From contig NC_068985.1 in NCBI RefSeq assembly GCF_001194135.2, positions 85,641,555-85,705,554 on the forward strand: a DNA stretch of 64,000 nucleotides. The letters are read 5' to 3'. The DNA comes from Octopus bimaculoides (lineage: Eukaryota). The position numbers and the translations under genes are program-made. The notes below the pieces were generated by a model. The model was given only the letters and a program-made list of their open reading frames with translations, did no database searches and was not told where the DNA came from. This document shows, piece after piece, positions 38,895 through 50,580 of this stretch. How positions within the stretch are numbered: the stretch's first letter is position 1; each line of letters opens with the position of its first letter.

Positions 38895-39640
38895 AGCTGA
38901 ATGACCTGGTATTGCCTGGGTTACTGCTGTTCTTATTCAGATTAGTAAACAATAAATATGGAGAAATATTTTTTTCTCATAATTATTTCAAAATATGTAT
39001 ATTTTATCAAAAAATATCCAATTTGTAATGATAGCAGAATCTAGAACTGAAAATCTGTCAATGTTGGAGCACCTCAGGATAAACAATATTCATTATGTAA
39101 TTTTGCTTCCAATTTATTAGCAGCCAACATAGAGTTGGTCGTGGGAGACGCATGTGGTAGAAAGAGATGAAGTCCAACTACCATGAGGGATTTGTTAATT
39201 AAAATACCAAAACTTAGTTTGACTGGAAAGTGAAACCTCTTAAATTCATATGGAACATCTGTAGGTAGGAGAGGAAATCTTGGAATAAAGACATCTTCTT
39301 TGTGACTACCTGTTATGATTATAGCCTGTAGGACATAGGGCTTCATGGAAGAAAAAATTAAGCGAGTTCCATTACACAGACAAGGTAGGTCAAGATTCCT
39401 AAGCAACATAATGGGAGCATCCAGCTTTAATGTCAAGTTATGTGGTGGCATCCCAGTGGGTTTGAGTGTGTTCAGAAATTCAACAGGGTATTGAACAACC
39501 TGACATTGATTGACTGTCATGTGAATTGATGGAGAAGTCATTTCTGATGTATCTGTTAACTTTTGAAGAAGTTCATGATTGAGTTTATCAACCATTTCAT
39601 TAGTTGGAGCCAATATAGTTCTTTCACAGTTTACATCAGT
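38893..39640 (-). mobile_element. Helitron 3' end: C-terminal half of the Pif1-like helicase plus subterminal hairpin and CTAG terminus
   Basis: ORF 39074-39760(-) contains RTILAPTNEMVDKLN, YPVEFLNTLKPTGMPPHNLTLKLDAPIMLLRNLD..CLCNGTRL, VFIPRFPL and FPVKLSFGILINKS, with QGQS deleted. The minus strand ends ACCCAGGCAATACCAGGT-CATTCAG-CTAG followed by host T (CTAG at 38893-38896). Confidence 0.93.
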
Positions 39641-40003
39641 GTAATTGACAATCACATATACACACATACACTGACATACATATATTAAAACAGACACACA
39701 CAGACATACATTTACATAATGAACACGCAAACACACACACTGACAGACACATACACACACTCATATACAAAACGTGTCATGGTGGTGGTGGTGGTGGTAT
39801 AAAATGTCCTTTACTATAATTGACTATAGAAAGAATATTTTTGAGAAAATGTTATATTGTTTTAATTGAAAGGAAAATAAAAATTACATGTTGACACTTG
39901 TGGGGTCTAATAGTATTACCTTGTAAAATTTGATTTGATTTGGTGGACCCATTTGAGAATGCATAGGAAACAGACAGATAGTCAGCAAAACAGGGAGACA
40001 AAG

Positions 40004-40039
<36 letters not shown>

Positions 40040-40040
<1 letters not shown>

Positions 40041-40655
40041 TAAGCCAAGTGAGACCGTAAGCATGGCCTATGCCAGTGCAGCATAACCAGCCCATTTAAG
40101 AGCACCCTTCAATCATTGGGCAATAAACTGTGCTTGTGAAGACCTGTTGAGGCAAGTGAAGTCATTGCCATGGCCGATGCCAGTCCCGCCTGACTGGCAC
40201 CCATATCGGTGGTACGTAAAAAGCACCACTTGAGCATGGTCAATACCAATGCTTCCTGACTGGTCCCGTGCTGGTGGCACATAAAAAGCACCATTCGAGC
40301 ATGGTCATTGCCAGTGGTGCCTGACTGGCCCCCATGCCGGTGGCATGTAAAAAGCACCATTCGAGTGTGGTCGTTGCCGTCTGAATGGATCCTATGCTGG
40401 TGGCACATAAAAAGCACCATTCAAGCATGGTCGATACCAGTACCACCTGACTGGCCATCATGCTGGTGGCATGAAAAAAGCACCCACTACACTCTCAGAG
40501 TGGTTGGCGTTAGGAAGGGCATCCAACTGTAGAAACTTTTCCAGATCAGATTGGAGCCTGGTACAGTCTTCTAGCTTGCCAGCCTTCAGTAAAACAGCCC
40601 AACCCATGCCAGCATAGAAAGTGAACATTAAACGAAATGATGATGATGATGATCA
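40040..40655 (+). mobile_element. RTE-LINE 3' region with five ~60-66 bp tandem units and the standard (GAT)n tail
   Basis: Units at 40147-40463 share CATGGTC...CCTGACTGG...GGTGGCA..TAAAAAGCACC and are followed by the same tail as 3125-3293. Confidence 0.85.
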
Positions 40656-41009
40656 TGATATATATATATATATATANNNNNNNNNNNNNNNNNNNNNNNN
40701 NNNNNNNNNNNNNNNNNNNNNNNNNNNNNNNNNNNNNNNNNNNNNNNNNNNNNNNNNNNNNNNNNNNNNNNNNNNNNNNNNNNNNNNNNNNNNNNNNNNN
40801 NNNNNNNNNNNNNNNNNNNNNNNNNNNNNNNNNNNNNNNNNNNNNNNNNNNNNNNNNNNNNNNNNNNNNNNNNNNNNNNNNNNNNNNNNNNNNNNNNNNN
40901 NNNNNNNNNNNNNNNNNNNNNNNNNNNNNNNNNNNNNNNNNNNNNNNNNNNNNNNNNNNNNNNNNNNNNNNNNNNNNNNNNNNNNNNNNNNNNNNNNNNN
41001 NNNNNNNNN

Positions 41010-41054
<45 letters not shown>

Positions 41055-41546
41055 TACATATTCCTCAACATGGTCATTGAATACATTAAACTACAAAAAT
41101 AAAATCAATTTATTATAAAATGAAAATAAAATTATGAATCTCTGTTCTTAAAATTACTCTTTAGAAAACTTATGAATAAATATTTGCTTTCCTGTGTTAA
41201 GCTTTAATATGTTACTTTCTTCACAATAAGAAACGCCACCTACCCACTTACCATCCATCTGTCTGTCTGTCATCACTGTTTTTACCTTGATCTTTACACA
41301 AGTCATCTAGACAACTCACAGGCACCGTCCACTTCAGTTTCTTCCATTCAAGCATTCAGAAAATAGTTGAATGATGATTTTCTTACAGCCATTTTGAAAG
41401 TTTTATTGTTGAACGATTTGCCATGAATGAATAATGTGTAATTCCACAAAACAAGTCAAAACAAGTGACACAGAAGCAACATTCTATTACAGTCTTTACC
41501 TCAATCTGTCACCAAAATACACTCTTCCATATCTCTTGTTCTCTCC

Positions 41547-41588
<42 letters not shown>

Positions 41589-41645
41589 CATTGGTAAATC
41601 ATAAATCCAACAAAGAAGCAGACTCTAAGTTACAGAGCAGTATAG

Positions 41646-41853
41646 TATAAAGATAGATAAGGCTTATCTAAGAGACAACCCAGAGTCTTACATCCATAAA
41701 GCGATTAACTTTACAGCTTATCATCAGACCCCAAAACCTGTTGGCATATGGCCTCTCTGGAGGTTTTGGGTTCAGATGATATGCTGTAAAGTTAAGCGCT
41801 TTATGGATGTGAAGCCCTGGGTAATCCCATAGACCAGTCTTATCCATTTTTAT
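41646..41853. repeat. Foldback inverted repeat with ~95 bp arms and a 21-nt spacer (MITE-like)
   Basis: The inner arms 41707-41739 and 41761-41793 match at 30 of 33 positions. The match extends outward through ACATCCATAAAGCG/CGCTTTATGGATGT, ACCCAG/CTGGGT and GATAAG/CTTATC. Confidence 0.9.
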
Positions 41854-42454
41854 ATAAATATAAATGGAATAACTACTATGAAGAATTGTGTAGAATATAT
41901 TGTATAAAGTGTCATGGGTATACAAATGACTGTCTTTTGTTTTTCTAATTAAGATGCACCTCATAACAAGCAGAACACATCGACCATACATACTCTCTCT
42001 CTCTCACAGACATTTAATTAGTTATGGTTCCTACAATTTTTGAATCATGACCTATTTTAGAGCCAATAAAAACATTTTTACTCTGTTTCTACATGAGGAT
42101 GTATTTATATATTTCAAATTATAAAGCATTTAAACAACAGAAAATCATTAAACACATGCTTCTGTATTTAATAATTGAAGCATTTATCAAGACTTTATAC
42201 TTGAATTTCAGTTTGTAGTTTTCAGATTTTTTAAATATTATTAGAGTGCACCTAGTTACATCTTGCAGCAGTTCAGTTTGTCACAACGCACTTTTCTCAA
42301 ACTACTGGACTGGATCAATAGACCTGGTCTGCATTTTCAAACTGATATATGAGTATGTTTGATGAAAATTTCTTAAATTTACCAGTTTGTTTGAAATCAT
42401 TTAATGTTCAGTTCCATGCTAACCAACAATTAACCATGATACTTCATCAAGAGA

Positions 42455-42760
42455 CATTACATAGGTATGTTTGAGGATAAATTCAAACAAAGGTTTTACA
42501 ACAACAATACATGCCTCATTCCAAAATGGACTTCCACAATATGAGCAAGCTATATTCTGAAACTAAAACAGCACAATATGGACTATGAAATCAGGTGGAA
42601 GATTCTCAAAGGTTCCGGATCATACACCAGCATGACAAGGAAATGTCAACTTTGTAGAGCAAATACATTGCAGGAAAGATTGGAAAGCTCTGGCTAAAGC
42701 ATTAAATGTCAGAGGAGATATCTTTGATAGATTCTCTCCTGAAAGAGAAATTTATATAAA
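42455..42760 (+). mobile_element. Penelope-like element, decayed GIY-YIG endonuclease fragment
   Basis: YIGMFEDKFKQRFYNN (from 42458), then after frameshifts MDYEIRWKILKGSGSYTSMTRKCQLCRA and LNVRGDI. This follows the YIG..FK.R..NH / I.WKIL / C.LC / LN.R.E pattern of Penelope-like endonucleases. Confidence 0.72.
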
Positions 42761-44184
42761 ACCCACTGGAATACTTGACCCTCACCAGGATCATACTTAC
42801 CCTAAGACCAACATTTACTCCCACATGCACTCATTCCTCTCGCATCTCTACATAACTTGGATATCAAAATAACTTCGACACACTCTTATTCATGGTTTGA
42901 TAGACTTTCATAAACTTCACTTTCTTAAACCACTTTGTACACCTGTGCAACATCTAGACATCACTTATATCTTCACTTCCAGTTCATCCACGCATAAACT
43001 TCACTTCTGGTACAGTTTCTGAAGCCATACTACACTTCCTGTTACACAGACAAACAAGCATCACAAAACTCATTACTGACAAGACATTTGCTCATACAAA
43101 TTTATACGACCAGTTTATCAAATAAGTATATCACACACCTGACAAAACAATTTAACAGTGTATAAGCTGTCACAAAAATTTTTTGTCATTCATTAATAAT
43201 CTAATGAACATAAATTTGTCTAATCAAACAATAAATGAATAAAGATAAAAAAGAAAAACGAAAGAGAAAACAACAAACTATGATCCTGTTCACACTTTTG
43301 TGGATGTTAAAGTGAAGAGAATAGTGATGATTGATGTTGATATCTCAGAGAGAAAGTCTGGTTTCTGTAAGTCTATTTATGAGACCAAATGTATTACTGG
43401 TATTCATTTCATCCGTCCATTAATTCCAGAACAAAATAAAAATATATATAAATAAAATGATCAAACACTTGTAAGACAGAAACCTGAGATATGACATTGA
43501 AATAGCAGGAAATATTGGAGTTTGGAATTTTGTCATCTGGGACAATTTGAAAACTGTATGTATGTATGTGTGTATGGATGTATGGATGTATGTATGTGTG
43601 TGTGAATGTATGTACGTACGTACGTACGTACATACGTATGTAATGTATGTATGTATGTATGCATGTATGCATGCATGTATGTACATATGCATGTGTGTAT
43701 GCGTGTATGTAATCATTTCCAGCTCTTGTTTGGTTCTTCTATGATTAAGTCTTGAACGAAAGAGAAATCATGGTTGAGCCTAGAAATGCAGGAACTCAAA
43801 ATTTACAATGAATGGAACTAAACACCACCAGGCATTTAATCCTGGACTTTATTCTGCATAAACATCACCACCACCACCACCACCCTGCCAATAATCATCA
43901 TTATTTTACATCCAGCTTGTTTCACATCTTGCTATTTATAGCAATATGAATAATTTCTAAAAAGCTCCTAATTTGATTCTATCTTCCCACAAACCCAATA
44001 ATTAACTTATATTTATTTTACTGAACCCAGAGGAATTAAAGATAGAGTCAGTTGCAGTCAGATTCAAAATCAGAATTTAAAAAGGAAAAATGCAATAAAA
44101 AACACTTGGTTACTTCTATTGATCTCTTTGATTGTTCAGCCTTAATATTTCAAATTAGACAGAGTGACACTAATTTGTGATATG

Positions 44185-44390
44185 CTTGGTCATACAGAAA
44201 GGAAATTGTCCAGATAATTACTCTCAAAGACAATCAGGTAAAGAGATATCTGCTTGTGTGCATAGGAATCCCAACAGATGGAAAATACACCCCAAAAATA
44301 GAGAAATATATATCTTGATATATCCTATAAAACAGAGAAATTATCCAAATATAATGATCTAGAAACAGAGATAACCAGAATATGGAGGGC
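44185..44390 (+). mobile_element. R4/Dong-type LINE REL-domain fragment
   Basis: CPDNYSQRQ (an RPD-like remnant), GIPTDG, and in frame TEKLSKYNDLETEITRIW, matching ETEKLSKYKDLEIELTRMW of the copy at about 59500. Confidence 0.75.
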
Positions 44391-44478
44391 AGAAGTAATT
44401 TGTATAATAATGAGTTGTTTGGGAAGGATGAAAGCATGAAAAAAGATGCAGGAGGATGAGGCAGAAGAGGATGTACTC

Positions 44479-44567
<89 letters not shown>

Positions 44568-46962
44568 AAGAAAGAGAGAGCAAGTGAGGGGAGAGAGAAA
44601 GTGCTGGTACTTTTGACTGTAGTTCTTTAAGGCCAGGGTGTCCTGAATAATTAAACATTCTCGGTCAAAGATGTTGTAGCCATGACTATTAAGTCTGGTT
44701 TTTAAATTTGGGACCAAAGTCTTCATGCAATTTTTGATTTCATAGAATTTGGTTCTTACTCTGTGAAGGTAAAATGTCTTGAAAAACAAAACAAAAACAA
44801 AAACAAAAAATGAAAATGCGGTTCCATGTCTCATTGGAATGGTATTCAAACAACGAGTGTTGGGTGGGATGGGGTGGAGTGGTTCCTATGGTCAAAATGA
44901 TGAGGAATGAGAAGAAAAAAAAAACATTACTAATTCTACCCTTAAGACAGAAATTGAAATCAATAAAACGATCTGATTGAACAGACTAGACTGAGCTGCA
45001 AAACAATATATAAAATAAAATATCAGCAAAGAAACAAAAAAAAAAAAAGCCAAAAACCATAAATAAAAACATATAAGGTAAGTTTTTTCAAAAATAAAAA
45101 CGAAAACTATTGGGAGAGAAATATTAAATAATCAAAAAATGTCCATCTTTAGTCTAGCAGAGAGAGATCTAAATTCTCTGGAGATTAGATATATGGCTAC
45201 TGTGTCTATTTCTGAAGACAAGTAATTTTAACATGCAGCAACAATGTGTGTGTGTGTGTGTCTGTATACACACATACATTTGTGTTGTGTATATTTATAT
45301 GTATCACATATGCATGTATAACATATATATGTACACACATACATATATATAAATATATAACATGCATATCTGTAGGTTTTATGCATTAAATACATTACAT
45401 ATATATGTGTGTGTTTGTGTGTATATATATATAGGCACATTCCCACACAAATATATTATGTATCTGCATGTGTGTATATGTATGTATATGCACGTGCACA
45501 CACACACACACATACATACAACTAAATACATGTATTCCACTTACATGAATGTTACTAAGCCAAAGCACCCCACCCCCTACACACACATATGCAAAGCAAG
45601 AATTACTGTAAAAGACTTTGAAAACCAGGGTTAGATTGGCTGCATTAAGTTAAGACTATCATTACAAAACTAGGTTTTTCTCTTATGTTTTATAAATGTC
45701 CATTTATTTGTTTTGGTGGTGTCAGCCTTTTGTCATTGAATGCGTGTCTGTGTGTGTATACTTATCGACACACATATATATATATATACATCTGTGCATT
45801 TATAGTCACTCGCGTATATATGTTAACCCATGAATGGTAAACCTGAAGACATTGTCAACCTTTTCCTTATAAAAATCGATTTGAAATCTTAAATGTTTTC
45901 AGCAATCCTTCAATTAAAATGATTGTTTTTTTATATAATGATGCCTAGAATAAAACATTAATATATAATAAAACAAACATTCATATATATTTATGTGGCA
46001 CCTTGGGCAAATGTCTTCTACCATAGCCTTGGACTGACCAAAGCCTTGAGAGTGGATTTAGTAGAGGGNNNNNNNNNNNNNNNNNNNNNNNNNNNNNNNN
46101 NNNNNNNNNNNNNNNNNNNNNNNNNNNNNNNNNNNNNNNNNNNNNNNNNNNNNNNNNNNNNNNNNNNNNNNNNNNNNNNNNNNNNNNNNNNNNNNNNNNN
46201 NNNNNNNNNNNNNNNNNNNNNNNNNNNNNNNNNNNNNNNNNNNNNNNNNNNNNNNNNNNNNNNNNNNNNNNNNNNNNNNNNNNNNNNNNNNNNNNNNNNN
46301 NNNNNNNNNNNNNNNNNNNNNNNNNNNNNNNNNNNNNNNNNNNNNNNNNNNNNNNNNNNNNNNNNNNNNNNNNNNNNNNNNNNNNNNNNNNNNNNNNNNN
46401 NNNNNNNNNNNNNNNNNNNNNNNNNNNNNNNNNNNNNNNNNNNNNNNNNNNNNNNNNNNNNNNNNNNNNNNNNNNNNNNNNNNNNNNNNNNNNNNNNNNN
46501 NNNNNNNNNNNNNNNNNNNNNNNNNNNNNNNNNNNNNNNNNNNNNNNNNNNNNNNNNNNNNNNNNNNNNNNNNNNNNNNNNNNNNNNNNNNNNNNNNNNN
46601 NNNNNNNNNNNNNNNNNNNNNNNNNNNNNNNNNNNNNNNNNNNNNNNNNNNNNNNNNNNNNNNNNNNNNNNNNNNNNNNNNNNNNNNNNNNNNNNNNNNN
46701 NNNNNNNNNNNNNNNNNNNNNNNNNNNNNNNNNNNNNNNNNNNNNNNNNNNNNNNNNNNNNNNNNNNNNNNNNNNNNNNNNNNNNNNNNNNNNNNNNNNN
46801 NNNNNNNNNNNNNNNNNNNNNNNNNNNNNNNNNNNNNNNNNNNNNNNNNNNNNNNNNNNNNNNNNNNNNNNNNNNNNNNNNNNNNNNNNNNNNNNNNNNN
46901 NNNNNNNNNNNNNNNNNNNNNNNNNNNNNNNNNNNNNNNNNNNNNNNNNNNNNNNNNNNNNN

Positions 46963-47325
46963 AGCATGATCGTTACCAGTGTCACTTTACTGACACTTGT
47001 GCCGGTGGCACGTGCAAAACAACATCTGAGCGAGGTTGTTGCCAGTGCAGCTGGACTGGCTCTTGTGCAGATGGCACTTAAAATACACCATTTGAGCATG
47101 GCCGACACCAGTACCGCCTGACTGGCCCTCATACCGGTGGCACCTAAAAGCACCCACTACACTCTTGGAGTGGTTGGCATTAGGAAGGGCATCCAGCTGT
47201 AGAAAGTCTGCCAGATCAGACTTGAGCCTGGTGCAGCCATCTAGCTTGCCAGTCCTCAATCAAACCATCCAACACATGCCAGCATGGAAAGTGGACATTA
47301 AACGATGATGATGATGATGATGATA
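46963..47325 (+). mobile_element. RTE-type 3' region with about three visible tandem units and the (GAT)n tail
   Basis: Same units and tail as 40147-40655. The 5' part is lost in the gap. Confidence 0.8.
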
Positions 47326-48948
47326 TATATACACACACATTTCTATGAAAAGTATATTGTTCTAATGATCACATTTCTATGTTTGCATGGGTCAGAGTTT
47401 ATTGAAGCAGATTTTTTGCCTCTGTATGCTCTTCTTATTGCCAACCTTTACTTGTCTGCCAAACTGCTAACTTATAGGGACATAAACAAACACCAGTTAT
47501 CAAGTGGTGGGCAACAAGCAAAAACACATATAGATCCAGCCACACACACACACATACACACATGTATGACTGAACTTCCAAATAATTTCCACTGGTTGTA
47601 TTTATTCACAAGGAATTTGTTAGCCCAGGTCTCCAGGGCTAAACTAGTAGCTTATATTCCCATTATCATCTGTTGCTTTTAGGGAATTTGACATGATGAA
47701 GAAGTGAAGCTAACAAGTGTTTAGGGTTCAGTTTGGTAAAAAATGTTCCAATTTGATAAAAAAAAAAAAAAAGACAAGATATAAAACTAAATATTAGATA
47801 ATTAAGGACGGTAAGGAAAAGAGGAAAAAAGAAGCACATCGATAATGATAAGTTTTCTCCTGAAAATAAACGAAACACAACAAGGTTCTCTGGTAACATG
47901 TGATCTTTAGATGATAAGTTGTAAACAATATCAACTTAAAGATTATTGAGAAATTTTAGCCTCATAAAAATGGTAGCAAATGATGTGGTGTCTACCCCAT
48001 GGAGAAAAGACCAGTCCCAAAAAACTCAGTTCATCTGGGGATGTATTTAAGTTCCAAGTTTGAAAAATTTGGTAAATGTAAACACACCAATAAGTTCATA
48101 TTACATAATTGCATAGAGACTACAAGTGTAAGCAATGGGTTCTCGATGCAGAATTTTCAAATATATGCTTCCTTTTTTCCTTCTTTGTCTCCTTTTATCA
48201 TTTAGTTTGTTTTCTTTCTTTTCCTTCAAATTTGGAATTTCTTACCGAACTGATCCATATGCAACTGTTATCTTTGTTAGAACCCTGTTTTTCTTTAAGA
48301 CTTAGGATTTACAAACAAGGCAACAATCCAAACATCAAAAGATGTGACTCGTTTAATTTACTCAGTAGTTATTTCCCTTATACAAATTATGATAATAAAT
48401 TATGAATTTGAGAAAGAAAATCTTTTCTCAGAGTGCTAAAAATGCTTCAAACAGAAGTAAAAAGAGCTTCTTTGCTTTAAAACCACATGACTTAGTTGAG
48501 GCTACATGGGCATTAAGATATCATGCAACGTCTGATGAGATGTAATTAACTTGTTTTGAGCATTCTGAAACTTACATTAACAATGACAGGTCTATTGTAA
48601 TTGTAACATAATTAATTTTGATTCAAACCTTACAAGTAACTGTTTCGTTGTGCACACATAGGTGTCTCCAGGGGTCAGAAACAGTGAAAACAGCAGCAGA
48701 TTTTAAAGTCAAAATAAATTATCATAAAACTAAAGGAAACATTTGCCCAAGAAGGTTCTGCACAGTGGAATCCAACACAAGACCACTTGGTTACCATGCA
48801 AAGCATCTTAATCTCTCAGCCAAACCAAGGCAACTGGTTTGATATACTATTTAAGATTTCTTTATTTCTTTGGTTCAACAACTCTTACATTTGTGTGCAT
48901 GTGAGCATTATGTGAATAGTTTCATATATATACATAAATATATATATA

Positions 48949-48999
<51 letters not shown>

Positions 49000-49003
49000 C
49001 ATA

Positions 49004-49035
<32 letters not shown>

Positions 49036-50542
49036 AGACTGTCTGTTTATCAGTATATGTGCGGGTAAGGAAGATGGTATGAAATTTTTGTATTATGTGT
49101 ATATATCTATACATGTGTGTGTGTAAATATATACACACATACATGAATGTTTGTATATACACACCCACCCACGCACACTCACTCCCACACATACACGTGT
49201 ATTTATATGCAATGTGTATGTGAATGTGTGTGTGTTTTCTTGTATCTTTAAGTGTATTCACGAATGTGTTATTAAGAAGGTGAATGTGTGTAAATGTGTA
49301 TTTATATTGATGCACATGTGTATATATGTGTGTATATATGCATTGGGTAAATGTCAAAAGCAAAAGGACATTTCCATGGATGACATACAACTGATGAAGC
49401 AACAACGAGTAGGTGGCTTGCAAGATAAAAAAAAAAGTCCTTGTCTTCTTCTGCATCTTCCATTTCTTTCACACAGCTGCTGTCACCATTTTCATTTCTT
49501 ACAACCTTCCATTTGTCAGTTGGAAGAAATCAAAGGTGATTGTGTGATGTTCATGCAGTTCTTGTGTTTTATTAGTAAACATTATTTTGGAGGGAGACTA
49601 ACTGTGGCCCAGTTTATCGTCACCAGATGAACCTTGGGGGACCCCTGATTGAAGTATCCATGCCAGGTCTTTACCCTGAGGATAAGACGATACCTTCCTG
49701 CAACAAGCCTCACACACTCTGAAAAGGCTCGTAGGTGCTGCCTTTCTTATTGTTATGAAGCCATTAAAAAAAACAAAGCTAGCCCATTAAAAATTGACTC
49801 TAAGCCATTAAAAATAAATTGTAAAAAATATTTACAATATTTAAATTCTTATTTGCAGGCAGACCATGAGGTAAAGAAGTTTGCCTTGCACACACACACA
49901 CACACACACACATTTCAAAGTACTTTTCCCTTCGTACCATATTTTCTGATCAATAACATTGTTAGTTATAGGTTTCCAATGGCTCAATCACTGCTTTGCT
50001 TCATTTTATGATGGTAGCAGTGACAAGAGAGCATCAGTGCAACTCAGGTGTAATAAATAGCACACAAGGTATTTCTGTTGTAAAGCACCAATTTATTGGC
50101 TTTCTCACCAATGTTTACATCTTTCAGTGATATACATTGGAGAAAAATATATACCACATACACACACATATGTGTGTGTGTGTGTATACACCTACACACA
50201 TACATAAAATGAAATGTACATCAAGACATAAATGCACACGTTTATAGAGACACAGATACACACACACAAAGATAAGCAGATTCTTATGGAGGCCCCACAC
50301 AGCACACATGAAGTTGTAATCTTTCACACGCATAAACAAAGATTTGTGCAGCAAAATCACAGGGATGAAAACTGCCCCCTCCTGCTGCACATATCACACA
50401 TGCAAGTATGCATGCCCAAGGAAGCACATGCACACATAACTGCAACAGTATGCAACCTTCCTCTATCTACAAAAACACATTAATATATGTATATTATGCA
50501 AATACGCACATATTCAAACATGTATTTAAACATACATTAAGC

Positions 50543-50580
<38 letters not shown>

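Noticed and set aside
40147-40463. CRISPR-like repeat-spacer appearance
   Set aside because: The units are homologous over their full length with no unique spacers, sit inside an RTE 3' UTR, have no cas genes and are in eukaryotic DNA.
44620-44770. Minus-strand LKTRLNSH motif, possibly a second Penelope endonuclease piece
   Set aside because: Only one short motif matches, which is insufficient.
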